From Eledone cirrhosa (Eukaryota), in NCBI GenBank assembly GCA_964016885.1, contig OZ024745.1, forward strand, positions 28,892,001 to 28,956,000: DNA of 64,000 bases. The letters run 5' to 3'. The translations under genes were made by a program, and so were the position numbers. The notes beneath the pieces are model-generated. The model saw only the letters and a program-made list of their open reading frames with translations, was not told where the DNA came from and did no database searches. Positions 25,677 through 39,655 of this stretch are shown one piece after another (position 1 is the first letter of the stretch; every line of letters starts with the position of its first letter).

Positions 25677-27442
25677 ATGGTGTGGGTTGACTGACTACAG
25701 CACTGTGGTCTAGGTTGACTGACTACAGCACTGTGGTCTAGGTTGACTGACTACGGCACTGTGGTGTGGGTTGACTGACTACAGCACTGTGGTCTAGGTT
25801 GACTGACTACGGCACTGTGGTGTGGGTTGACTGACTACAGCACTGTGGTGTGGGTTGACTGACTACAGCACTGTGGTGTGGGTTGACTGACTACAGCACT
25901 GTGGTGTGGGTTGACTGACTACAGCACTGTGGTGTGGGTTGACTGACTACAGCACTGTGGTGTGGGTTGACTGACTACGGCACTGTGATGTGGGTTGACT
26001 GACTACGGCACTGTGGTGTGGGTTGACTGACTACAGCACTCTGGTGTTGATTGACTTACTACAGCACTCTGGTGTGGGTTGACTTACTACGGCACTGTGA
26101 TGTGGGTTGACTGACTACGGCACTGTGGTGTGGGTTGACTGACTACGGCACTGTGGTGTGGGTTGACTGACTACGGCACTGTGATGTGGGTTGACTGATT
26201 ACGGCACTGTGGTGTGGGTTGACTGACTACGGCACTGTGGTGTGGGTTGACTGACTACAGCACTCTGGTGTGGGTTGACTGACTACGGCACTGTGATGTG
26301 GGTTGACTGACTACGGCACTGTGGTGTGGGTTGACTGACTACAGCACTGTGGTGTGGGTTGACTGACTACAGCACTGTGGTGTGGGTTGACTGACTACAG
26401 CACTGTGGTGTGGGTTGACTGACTACAGCACTGTGGTGTGGGTTGACTGACTACAGCACTGTGGTGTGGGTTGACTGACTACGGCACTGTGATGTGGGTT
26501 GACTGACTACGGCACTGTGGTGTGGGTTGACTGACTACAGCACTCTGGTGTTGATTGACTTACTACAGCACTCTGGTGTGGGTTGACTGACTACGGCACT
26601 GTGATGTGGGTTGACTGACTACGGCACTGTGGTGTGGGTTGACTGACTACAGCACTCTGGTGTGGGTTGACTGACTACGGCACTGTGATGTGGGTTGACT
26701 GACTACGGCACTGTGGTGTGGGTTGACTGACTACAGCACTCTGGTGTGGGTTGACTGACTACGGCACTGTGGTGTGGGTTGACTGACTACGGCACTGTGG
26801 TGTGGGTTGACTGACTACAGCACTCTGGTGTGGGTTGACTGACTACAGCACTCTGGTGTGGATTGACTTACTACAGCACTCTGGTGTGGGTTGACTTACT
26901 ACAGCACCCTGGTGTGGGTTGACTTACTACAGCACTGTGGTGTGGGTTGACTGACTACAGCACTGTGGTGTGGGTTGACTGACTACGGCACTGTGGTGTG
27001 GGTTGACTGACTACGGCACTGTGATGTGGGTTGACTGACTACGGCACTGTGGCGTGGGTTGACTGACTACAGCACTGTGGTGTGGGTTGACTGACTACGG
27101 CACTGTGGTCTAGGTTGACTGACTACAGCACTCTGGTGTGGGTTGACTGACTACGGCACTGTGGTCTAGGTTGACTGACTACGGCACTGTGGACTAGGTT
27201 GACTGACTACGGCACTGTGGTGTGGGTTGACTGACTACGGCACTGTGGTCTAGGTTGACTGACTACGGCACTGTGGTGTGGGTTGACTTACTACAGCACT
27301 GTGGTGTGGGTTGACTGACTACAGCACTGTGGTCTAGGTTGACTGACTACGGCACTGTGGTGTGGGTTGACTGACTACGGCATGTGGTGTGAGTTGACTG
27401 ACTACGGCACTGTGGTGTGGGTTGACTGACTACGGCACTGTG
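25677..27442. repeat. 28-bp satellite A (cactgtggtgtgggttgactgactac[a/g]g), ~63 units
   Basis: Measured period of 28 bp. Confidence 0.97.
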
Positions 27443-30400
27443 CCACTGTAGATTGGGTTAACACAGTGTGCCACTGTAGATTGGGTTAGCTCAGTGTGTC
27501 ACTGTAGATTGGGTTGACTCAGTGTCACTTAGATTGGGTTAACTTAGTGTGCCACTGTAGATTGGGTTAACTCAGTGTGTCACTGTAGATTGGGTTAACT
27601 CAGTGTGCCACTGTAGATTGGGTTAACCGAGTGTGTCACTCTAGATTTGGTTAACTCAGTGTGCCACTGTAGATTGGGTTAACTCAGTGTGCCACTGTAG
27701 ATTGGGTTAACCCAGTGTGTCACTCTAGATTTGGTTAACTCAGTGTGCCACTGTAGATTGGGTTAACTCAGTGTTCCACTGTAGATTGGGTTAACTCAGT
27801 GTGCCACTGTAGATTGGGTTAACTCAGTGTGTCACTGTAGATAGGGTTAACTCAGTGTGCCACTATAGATTGGGTTAACTCAGTGTGCCACTGTAGATTG
27901 GGTTAACTCAGTGTGCCACTGTAGATTGGGTTAACTCAGTGTGCCACTGTAGATTGGGTTAACTCAGTGTGCCATTGTAGATTGGGTTAACTCAGGGTGT
28001 CACTGTAGATTGGGTTAACTCAGTGTGCCACTGTAGATTGGGTTGACTCAGTGTGCCACTGTAGATTGGGTTGACTCAGTGTGCCACTGTAGATTGGGTT
28101 GACTTAGTGTGCCACTGTAGATTGGGTTAACTCAGTGTGTCACTGTAGATTGGGTTAACTTAGTGTGCCACTGTAGATTGGGTTAACTCAGTGTGCCACT
28201 GTAGATTGGGTTAACTCAGTGTGTCACTGTAGATTGGGTTAACTTAGTGTGCCACTGTAGATTGGGTTAACTCTGTGTGCCACTGTAGATTGGGTTAACT
28301 CTGTGTGCCACTGTAGATTGGGTTAACTTAGTGTGCCACTGTAGATTGGGTTAACTCAGTGTGTCACTGTAGATTGGGTTAACTTAGTGTGCCACTGTAG
28401 ATTGGGTTGACTCAGTGTGTCACTGTAGATTGGGTTAACTTAGTGTGCCACTGTAGATTGGGTTAACTCAGTGTGCCACTGTAGATTGGGTTAACTCAGT
28501 GTGTCACTGTAGATTGGGTTAACTCAGTGTGTCACTGTAGATTGGGTTAACTTAGTGTGCCACTGTAGATTGGGTTAACTTAGTGTGCCACTGTAGATTG
28601 GGTTGACTCAGTGTGTCACTGTAGATTGGGTTAACTTAGTGTGTCACTGTAGATTGGGTTAACTTAGTGTGCCACTGTAGATTGGGTTAACTCAGTGTGC
28701 CACTGTAGATTGGGTTAACTCAGTGTGTCACTGTAGATTGGGTTAACTTAGTGTGCCACTGTAGATTGGGTTAACTCTGTGTGCCACTGTAGATTGGATT
28801 AACTGAGTGTGTCACTGTAGATTGGGTTGACTCAGTGTGTCACTGTAGATTGGGTTAACTTAGTGTGCCACTGTAGATTGGGTTAACTCAGTGTGTCACT
28901 GTAGATTGGGTTAACTTAGTGTGCCACTGTAGATTGGGTTGACTCAGTGTGTCGCTGTAGATTGGGTTAACTGAGTGTGCCACTGTAGATTGGGTTAACT
29001 CAGTGTGTCACTGTAGATTGGGTTAACTTAGTGTGCCACTGTAGATTGGGTTAACTCTGTGTGCCACTGTAGATTGGATTAACTGAGTGTGTCACTGTAG
29101 ATTGGGTTGACTCAGTGTGTCACTGTAGATTGGGTTAACTTAGTGTGCCACTGTAGATTGGGTTAACTCAGTGTGTCACTGTAGATTGGGTTAACTTAGT
29201 GTGCCACTGTAGATTGGGTTGACTCAGTGTGTCGCTGTAGATTGGGTTAACTGAGTGTGCCACTGTAGATTGGGTTAACTCAGTATGTCACTGTAGATTG
29301 AGTTAACTTAGTGTGTCACTGTAGATTGGGTTAACTCAGTGTGTCACTGTAGATTGGGTTAACTTAGTATGCCACTGTAGATTGGGTTAACTCTGTGTGC
29401 CACTGTAGATTGGGTTAACTTAGTGTGCCACTGTAGATTGGGTTAACTCAGTGTGCCACTGTAGATTGGGTTAACTCAGTGTGTCACTGTAGATTGGGTT
29501 AACTTAGTGTGCCACTGTATATTGGGTTAACTCTGTGTGCCACTGTAGATTGGGTTAACTCAGTGTGCCACTGTAGATTGGGTTAACTCAGTGTGCCACT
29601 GTAGATTGGGTTAACTCAGTGTGTCACTGTAGATTGGGTTAACTGAGTGTGCCACTGTAGATTGGGTTAACTCAGTATGTCACTGTAGATTGGGTTAACT
29701 TAGTGTGCCACTGTAGATTGGGTTGACTCAGTGTGTCACTGTAGATTGGGTTAACTTAGTGTGCCACTGTAGATTGGGTTGACTCAGTGTGTCACTGTAG
29801 ATTAGGTTAACTTAGTGTGTCACTGTAGATTGGGTTGACTCAGTGTGCCACTGTAGATTGGGTTGACTCAGTGTGCCACTGTAGATTGGGTTAACTTAGT
29901 GTGCCACTGTAGATTGGGTTGACTCAGTGTGTCACTGTAGATTGGCTTAACTCAGTGTGTCACTGTAGATTGGCTTAACTCAGTGTGTCACTGTAGATTG
30001 GGTTAACTGAGTGTGTCACTGTTGATTGGGTTGACTCAGTGTGCCACTGTAGATTGGGTTAACTCAGTGTGTCACTGTAGATTGGCTTAACTGAGTGTGT
30101 CACTGTAGATTGGGTTGACTCAGTGTGTCACTGTAGATTGGGTTAACTCAGTGTGCCACTGTAGATTGGGTTGACTCAGTGTGTCACTGTAGATTGGGTT
30201 AACTGAGTGTGTCACTGTAGATTGGGTTGACTCAGTCTGTCACTATAGATTGGGTTGACTCAGTGTGCCACTGTAGATTGGGTTAACTCAGTGTGCCACT
30301 GTAGATTGGGTTGACTCAGTGTGTCACTATAGATTGGGTTGACTCAGTGTGTCACTATAGATTGGGTTAACTGAGTGTGCCACTGTAGATTGGGTTGACT

Positions 30401-33300
30401 CAGTGTGTCACTGTAGATTGGGTTAACTGAGTGTGCCACTGTAGATTGGGTTGACTCAGTGTGTCACCGTAGATTGGGTTAACTCATTGTGCCACTGTAG
30501 ATTGGGTTGACTCAGTGTGTCACTGTAGATTGGGTTAACTGAGTGTGCCACTGTAGATTGGGTTGACTCAGTGTGTCACTATAGATTGGGTTGACTCAGT
30601 GTGCCACTGTAGATTGGGTTAACTTAGTGTGCCACTGTAGATTGGGTTGACTCAGTGTGTCACTGTAGATTGGGTTAACTCAGTATGTCACTGTAGATTG
30701 GGTTGACTCAGTGTGTCACTGTAGATTGGGTTGACTCAGTGTGTCACTGTAGATTGGGTTAACTCAGTGTGTCACTGTAGATTGGGTTGACTCAGTGTGT
30801 CACTGTAGATTGGGTTAACTGAGTGTGTCACTGTAGATTGGGTTGACTCAGTGTGCCACTGTAGATTGGGTTAACTTAGTGTGCCACTGTAGATTGGGTT
30901 GACTCTGTGTGTCACTGTAGATTGGGTTGACTCAGTGTGTCACTGTAGATTGGGTTAACTCAGTGTGTCACTGTAGATTGGGTTAAATCAGTGTGTCACT
31001 GTAGATTGGGTTGACTCAGTCTGTCACTGTAGATTGGGTTAACTCAGTGTGTCACTGTAGATTGGGTTAACTCAGTGTGTCACTGTAGATTGGGTTAACT
31101 CAGTGTGTCACTGTAGATTGGGTTAACTCAGTGTGTCACTGTAGATTGGGTTAACTCAGTGTGTCACTGTAGATAGGGTTAACTTAGTGTGCCACTGTAG
31201 ATTGGGTTGACTCAGTGTTCCACTGTAGATTGGGTTAACTTAGTGTGCCACTGTAGATTGGGTTAACTCAGTGTGCCACTGTAGATTGGGTTAACTCAGT
31301 GTGTCACTGTAGATAGGGTTAACTCAGTGTGTCACTGTAGATAGGGTTAACTTAGTGTGCCACTGTAGATTGGGTTAACTGAGTGTGCCACTGTAGATTG
31401 GGTTGACTCAGTGTGCCACTGTAGATTGGGTTAACTCAGTGTGTCCCTGTAGATTGGGTTAACTCAGTGTGTCACTGTAGATTGGGTTAACTGAGTGTGC
31501 CACTGTAGATTGGGTTGACTCAGTGTGTCACTGTAGATTGGGTTAACTGAGTGTGCCACTGTAGATTGGGTTAACTTAGTGTGTCACTGTAGATTGGGTT
31601 AACTCAGTGTGTCACTGTAGATTGGGTTAACTCAGTGTGTCACTGTAGATTGGGTTAACTGAGTGTGCCACTGTAGATTGGGTTAACTGAGTGTGCCACT
31701 GTAGATTGGGTTGACTCAGTGTGTCACTGTAGATTGGGTTAACTCAGTGTGTCACTGTAGATTGGGTTAACTCAGTGTGCCACTGTAGATTGGGTTAACT
31801 TAGTGTGCCACTGTAGATTGGGTTGACTCAGTGTGCCACTGTAGATTGGGTTAACTCAGTATGTCACTGTAGATTGGGTTAACTTAGTGTGCCACTGTAG
31901 ATTGGGTTAACTTAGTGTGCCACTGTAGATTGGGTTAACTCAGTGTGCCACTGTAGATTGGGTTAACTTAGTGTGCCACTGTAGATTGGGTTAACTTAGT
32001 GTGCCACTGTAGATTGGGTTAACTTAGTGTGCCACTGTAGATTGGGTTAACTCAGTGTGCCACTGTAGATTGGGTTAACTTAGTGTGCCACTGTAGATTG
32101 GGTTAACTTAGTGTGCCACTGTAGATTGGGTTAACTCAGTGTACCACTGTAGATTGGGTTAACTTAGTGTGCCACTGTAGATTGGGTTAACTCAGTATGT
32201 CACTGTAGATTGGGTTAACTTAGTGTGCCACTGTAGATTGGGTTAACTTAGTGTCCCACTGTAGATTGGGTTAACTCAGTGTGCCACTGTAGATTGGGTT
32301 AACTTAGTGTGCCACTGTAGATTGGGTTAACTTAGTGTGCCACTGTAGATTGGGTTAACTCAGTGTGCCACTGTAGATTGGGTTAACTTAGTGTGCCACT
32401 GTAGATTAGGTTAACTCAGTGTGCGACTGTAGATTGGGTTAACTTAGTGTGCCACTGTAGATTGGGTTAACTTAGTGTGCCACTGTAGATTGGGTTAACT
32501 CAGTGTGCCACTGTAGATTGGGTTAACTCAGTGTGCCACTGTAGATTGGGTTAACTCAGTGTGCCACTGTAGATTGGGTTAACTCAGTGTGCTACTGTAG
32601 ATTGGGTTAACTGTGTGTGCCATTGTAGATTGGGTTAACTCAGTGTTCCACTCTAGATTGGGTTAATTCTGTGTGCAACTCTAGATCGGTTGACTCAGTG
32701 TTCCACTCTAGATTGGGTTAATTCTGTGTGCAACTCTAGATCGGTTGACTCAGTGTTCCACTCTAGATTGGGTTAATTCTGTGTGCAACTCTAGATCGGT
32801 TGACTCAGTGTTCCACTCTAGATTGGGTTAATTCTGTGTGCAACTCTAGATCGGTTGACTCAGTGTTCCACTCTAGATTGGGTTAATTCTGTGTGCAACT
32901 CTAGATCGGTTGACTCAGTGTTCCACTCTAGATTGGGTTAATTCTGTGTGCAACTCTAGATCGGTTGACTCAGTGTTCCACTCTAGATTGGGTTAATTCT
33001 GTGTGCAACTCTAGATCGGTTGACTCAGTGTTCCACTCTAGATTGGGTTAATTCTGTGTGCAACTCTAGATCGGTTGACTCAGTGTTCCACTCTAGATTG
33101 GGTTAATTCTGTGTGCAACTCTAGATCGGTTGACTCAGTGTGCCACTCTAGATTGGGTTAATTCTGTGTGCAACTCTAGATCGGTTGACTCAGTGTGCCA
33201 CTGTAGATTGGGTTAACTCAATGTGCCACTGTAGATTCGGTTGTTTAACTGTGCCACTGTAGATTCGGTTGTTTAACTGTGCCACTTTAAGATGGGTTAA
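27443..33300. repeat. 28-bp satellite B (cactgtagattgggttaactcagtgtg[c/t]), ~208 units, ending in a 55-bp dimer array
   Basis: Measured period of 28 bp. Period of 55 bp from ~32641 to 33200. Confidence 0.97.
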
Positions 33301-33496
33301 ATGATTGCCATGTTGAGTTGGGATGACTTGCGATCTGTGGCCCTCTCACTCTTGCTATATTATATTAAAGCCTTTAAAAAAAATATATATTAAAGCAATA
33401 AAAATGACCCCTAGATTTAATAGTATTTTGATATTTTCATTCACATCTTCCTCCTATTAATCACCGGAATCGAGGGTTTACTGTCTTGTATATATA

Positions 33497-33694
33497 CGAG
33501 GGTTGACTGAAAAGTTCAGAAGCTAACCAAGATACTCTCATGGAATGACCAAATGAGGTTTATTTTTCAACATAGTTCCCGGAAAGAAACAATCCAGTTA
33601 TTAATACGAACAGTTGAAAATAATGCATGCAAGATTTCACAGCTCTAACATCACTCTTTCATAGTCAGCCTATGAACCTTTCAGATGACCCTCT
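33497..33694. mobile_element. Tc1/mariner-type MITE
   Basis: Left TIR TA|cgagggttgactgaaaagttcagaagctaac matches the right TIR (revcomp agagggtcatctgaaaggttcataggctgac). No ORF. Confidence 0.7.
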
Positions 33695-34807
33695 AATATA
33701 TGTGTGTGCATTTTACCCAGTATTTGTAAGGGTGGGTGTGGGGCTTCTCTTTTTTGTAGACAAGCTCTAATTATTATTATTATTATTATTGAATGTTAGC
33801 TAAACAATATATATTATACCCGAACTCTCTACTTCAGCATCCATCCTCGCACGCTGGCTACTGTCCGCCCACTTCCCCATAATGATAAAACTTTTTCCTC
33901 AACATTCCGCCTTCCTCTTTCTCCGAGCTTTGCTCTTTTCTGATGAAAGGCTAACGTCCGATACGACGAAACATTCCTTTTCCAACAAGCACGAAACAAA
34001 GATTGTGTTATTGTGTCTGTATTTGTCTTTTTTTTAATCTTGAAATATATAATGTTCAACATTATTTTGTCGAAACCCCATCGATAAATCCATTTAATTA
34101 AAATTTTTAAATTTTAGCTGGATCTACTGTAGTTTTAAACAATTCCCGACAAAGACGATAACTCCATAAATAAGATTTTGAAGAGAATAAATTATTTATA
34201 AATTATTTATAAATAAATAAATAGATAAATACAATATAAAATTTAGTCGCAAAAATTCATACAGCTGTAAGATATTAGAGTTATCTTTCTTGCCGTCGAT
34301 TTCCAATCCGCTAGAAATAGCAGCTACATATTTCTATCTCACCACGTTTTACAAACATTGAAAGAGTATTCGACGATGTAGTCTTAGATACTCATATAAA
34401 GACAGGATGGACAGGGGAGACAGACGTCGAGTAATGCTATCGCTTAATACTTAAACATGAACAGCACGGACGTGGATTTTTAATCCTACTAGGGACATGC
34501 ACACTCTTGCACAGACGTTGTAACAATGGGGGCTTCTTGCGGTAGGTGTTACGGTCCTGTATTGGTGCACTTTCAAATGACGTTTCAGTCCACCAACTGA
34601 AGCACACATTTTTCACCCTCCCCACAAACAACAAATGCCGTATAATGCTCAGTTGACAGTATCCCTGTGTACGTGGCTTCTCCGATGATTTCCAAGGCCC
34701 GCCCTAATTAAATATAACCGGCTACATTCTTTACAGGTTAAAGCAACATACATACATACACATGCATGCATACATACATACATACATACATACATACATA
34801 CATACAT

Positions 34808-34845
<38 letters not shown>

Positions 34846-36142
34846 TCACACACCCACCCACCCACACACACTCACACACACACTCACACACACACTCACA
34901 CTCACACTCACACTCACACACACAAACACACACACATTCACACACAAATATATATGATATCCATACAAATCGTGATGGTGAAGCGAGGTGCCTGGCATGA
35001 GTTAGTTTTCTCCTGTCGAGTGATGGGCTGAGTTGAGATTAGATGAAATAAAAAGGCGATGTTGTTACAGCTGAGAGAATGGCGCTAATTTCCTATAATT
35101 TTCGCCATAAGTATAATGCTGTTATTCTCCGAGCGTTTCAGAAACGTTACAATGACTATATCGATCCAGCAAAGACAACGCCACATTAGAGAGATGTTAG
35201 CTATAGGAGAAGCGTCTCCATTTCGCTTCAAACGTGTTTTGTGTTTTGGTTTAAAAACCATTATTTTTTCCAATTCAAGCTTTGTTGAAGCCACGATGAC
35301 ATAACAAGAACAGGGAGACATTAAAGAATGGTAAATCTATTTCCCTAAATATTATTTGGATAAAAACAAAAGATTATTAAATAACAGACATTGACTGACT
35401 GTTGTCTTTTTGTGCCGGTTGCCATCGAGACTTCTGATGTTCTCAGTCCTCGAACTGCCACGAAGAAGCAAAAGATGGCGAAATACTGAACATTAACTGG
35501 CTGTTTCCTTTTTGCGCCGGTCGCCATCAAGAGCTCCGGTGTTTTCGATGCCCGCACCCTGTCGTTTTCTTCTGCAAAGTCCGAAGGAGAATGTCTCGCC
35601 AGAGCAAGGCGCTCTGTGAGGTGCAATGGCTGATATAGCGGGTATCGCTGGTTGTTCTTCGCGGCAATGCTTTCGTCATCTTTCAGCGTGAGGCAGCTAA
35701 GATGTGCCGCACAGCTAAATGTGTAGTTTCCCCATACCCTTCTTTTCTTTTATTGAATTATTCCCCCTTGCTCATTCTTTTCTCTTGTTTTCTGTCCTTG
35801 TAAACTTAAACAATTGAATATGAAATTTTTATTCCATAAATTTCAAGTTTAGTTTATTTCTATCTATAGAATGGCTATACATACATTTATTCTTGTTTGC
35901 TTGTGGTTATTCATGACCATACATACATGCATACATACATATATTCATACAATACAGAAACTACGTAATATGACAGCTGCAGCTTGATAACACCTGTCTT
36001 CCCCATTTATTGACGGGTGCGGTCCATGGGTGGTTAGCGAAATATAGGGAGGAGGCTCGGTGGTTGGGTTAGCGGGAAATATAAGTGCAGGTCAGTGGTT
36101 GGTTTACGGTATTTTCTGAATGTTAGGGAAATCAACGGTCTT

Positions 36143-36210
<68 letters not shown>

Positions 36211-36260
36211 ATACATACATACATACATACATACATACATACATACATACATACATACAT

Positions 36261-36291
<31 letters not shown>

Positions 36292-37149
36292 TACATACAT
36301 ACATACATACATACATACATACATACATACATACATACATACATACAAACTTAAGGCGTGATAATTGACACAAGGAGTCGCATATATGGTGTGGGAACTA
36401 TTCATTAAATTTAAGATGAACACTATCTCCAACAACTACCACAACTACCAGCCTTGTTAAATGACTGGGTATTCTTCTGATGATATTCACTGAAGACAGC
36501 AATTATTCAAAATCGTAGAGAAATCCGTCTAAAAATTGAATTCATCTTACAAGGTTTAGCTACAAACAATATGGTTGGACACGACAACATCTACATAAGC
36601 AATAATAGTAAAGAATCGAAGAAAAACAACAACGAGAAAGATAAACAGAATCGTTTTAGTTGTAACTACAGAAGGGACCGAAACTATAAATAGCATTTTT
36701 TTCCTTTACGAACTCAATAGCGACCTATTTTATTGTTAAAAAAAAGATGCATCTGTTGGCTATACAAACAAAATGAAGCTACATTAGGACGAACCAACAC
36801 CTAAATTATTTCACAACCAAAACAAGCAACATTTGTCGAACGTAAAAATAACAAACATTATTCAAAACAATAATGAAAATGTGAAACCTCTGCAAATAAC
36901 AACACTACGTGAACCTTCTCTTGGATCAGACATGTAATCAACACGTGTCACAACAAGCCTTCATTTTACTAAGTTTTCACGCATCCTGTCCGATCAACAA
37001 CATACATACAACAGCATTACACAAACAATCTCTAGAAAAAAAGCTATGCCGGAAACAAATTTGACACCACTTGCAACAACAGTGTAGTTGAAAGAGATCC
37101 AAACGAACTATTGCCCCTGCATCACACCAAAAACATACAGCATCAATGA

Positions 37150-39300
37150 TAGTACCCTTGAGACTGTAATAGGAAAATGTCAGTATAAGGAAGCATGAGG
37201 AAGAGACTTGATTGTCGACTACTGGTACATAAACCTGACTTTCTATCGGATGTATTTTATCAACCTCTACCAGCAAGTTCTCAAAGGAAATACACATATA
37301 CCAGGCTAGTTGACATTAGCAGAAACAAGATTGGTACCTTGAAAAAACTCTCGACCTAATGCATGCCAGAACATAATATGTAAAATGTATACAGCTTGTC
37401 TGAACTTATTCCCCCAGAATCACTGTGACAATAATAATATAATAATATCATCACAGATGAGCAAGCATCTAAGAAGAAAGGAGTTTTGGCGTGTGTTGAG
37501 TAACTCCTAATTAACAAATCCACGATGTCAGTGATGTGGCAACATAGGAGGAACTTGGTTACAGTCTGGTAGGATTACAGGAAAGCATTTGATTCTGTTC
37601 CCCATTCTTGGTTGTTAGAGACCCTACGTCTCGTTACAGTTTCATATACCATAATCAGAACCATAGAGAATCTATCTACGCATGATCTTTTTGTTTATAA
37701 GCATGAAGTTTTCATCAATTGATTCACTGCAATATCGCTGAGCAATTTCCCTAGATGGGAGTTTTTAATTATCATACAGGGAGTATTTCTCAAGGAGTGT
37801 CTTCCCAACTCTCATGATCTCATCTGTCTCATGTAGATAGACTTGCTCAATGGATGGGTTCCTACGCTTCGAGGTTAGTAGATGCGACACTCAAATACTT
37901 CCTGGACTGATGTTAGGCTTCTGCTTCTGTTCACATTTCAGGTAGGGGTGGTCTATGTCACTATTGCTGTGGAAGTTTCCTGTGTTGTTTAGGATTTTTC
38001 GAGTTTTAACATCGATAGTTCGGATTTCATCTATCGTCCAATCGAGTATACCAAACGTTGGTGTTAGTACAGGCACAGCAAACACATAGTGAACCAATTT
38101 TATTGTGCGCAGAGATTTCAAATGACCATATTTTCCTTACTCAGGAATAATAATCTCTGGTTACGCGTTCTTTGTTACAAATACCATCATAGGATATATT
38201 CTCATCTATCCTTAGGTATCTGTAACAGTTCTCTTCAAATATGGGTGAAACAGTTAGGCCATTGATAAAAATGTTGCTAGATTGGTTTGTAAATTTTCCT
38301 CGCTTTACAATCATATATAAACATTTATCTTGGCCAAATTCCATTCCTATATCTTTCGAGAACGTCGTAACCAGGTCAAAGTTTTTCTTCCTCCCATTTA
38401 TGTTCTTTGCATAGAGTTTCAGGTAATCCACAAAGAAGTTGTGGGTTAGGTTTGTATTCTTGTCCTTTTGTTAGCATCTTCACATTTCTTGAGCAGAAAA
38501 GACAGGAGGTTTAATGATAGAGTAAATAGTAACACAGAGAGACTGTCTCCTTGGAATATACTCCTGCGATATTCTATTTCATCAGTAAAAATACAGGATA
38601 CTCCCTGCATAATAATTAAAAACTCACACCCAGGGAAATTGCTCAGCGATATTGCAGTGAATCCATGGATGAAAACTTCATGCTTATAAACAAAAAAGAA
38701 ATCCTGCATAGATATGTTGCCAGGAGACTCCAAAGTGAGAGTAATATAGATAAGTAGAGTAGTCTATCTTGGACCAACAACCGCTATATTAGCTAGATGT
38801 GACAATAAATGCAGACTTAACATCGAAGATGTCACCCATGTCATAAGCAATGTCCAAAGATGTCATCATGGTACTATCTACTAAGAGGTATGATGTAGTG
38901 GCCAAAATACTATACAATGCAACCCGTAGGAAAGGTAACTCCGACAATAAACATATTAAATGTTACAGCAATGTGGAAGACATACACATACATAATATGA
39001 AAGAGTACTGGTGGAATGTTCCAGTCAAAATCCCAATAAAATGCAAGCATAACAGACCATATATAATGATATGGGACAAGGAAATGAATGCATGCACTGT
39101 TGCTGCCAATATAATATTAAAGATTAGTGAAAAGAAGAACATCTATGCAGAATTAATGGGCAATCTGCAGATACGCCACCCTGATACCTTCAGGTTTATA
39201 CCTGTGATTATTGGGGCTCTGGGATATGTTACTAATTGCCACAGTACAAATCTTGAAAACATTATTTATAAATTGAATCTAGCGCTTCCATCTTTCAAAA
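37150..39300 (+). mobile_element. Decayed R4/Dong-like LINE with an inverted central segment (37680-38590 on minus)
   Basis: Plus: DYRKAFDSVPHSW. Minus: IFQGDSLS, DYLKLYAK, FGILDWT. Plus again: RYDVVAK...WWNVPVK..HNRPYIMIWDK (REL-like). Same family as 18036-19105. Confidence 0.85.
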
Positions 39301-39407
39301 GGGACTTATATCGATATAATATTAGTAGTTATTGAAATATCTCTCTAAATATATATAGTCTGCGGTGCTGTTACCGGGGAGACCACAAATCAGAGTAGTA
39401 CTCTATG

Positions 39408-39655
39408 CATGGAAAGAAATAGAGTGGGTATAGAGGAAGGTAAAAGCCCGATCGCGACACCTTGCGGTTTCGGTTTGTATACGGCAGACCTTTCACATAT
39501 ATATATATGTGTGTGTGTCTGTGTCTGTGTGTGTGTAGAGAGAGAGAGGGGGGGGGGGACTATTGAAAGGTTTGCTGAATACAAACCGAAACCACAAGGC
39601 GTCGCAGTTGGGCTTTTATCTTCCTCTATACCCACTCTATTTCTGTGCGTGTGTA
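39408..39655. mobile_element. Fold-back element with ~85-bp arms and a microsatellite loop
   Basis: 39412-39495 is inverted against 39563-39646. The two mirrored ORFs in the ORF track reflect this. Confidence 0.8.

Noticed and set aside
25677-33300. CRISPR-like array of 28-bp partly palindromic repeats
   Set aside because: The units are contiguous with no unique spacers, there are no cas genes, and the context is eukaryotic. It is a satellite.
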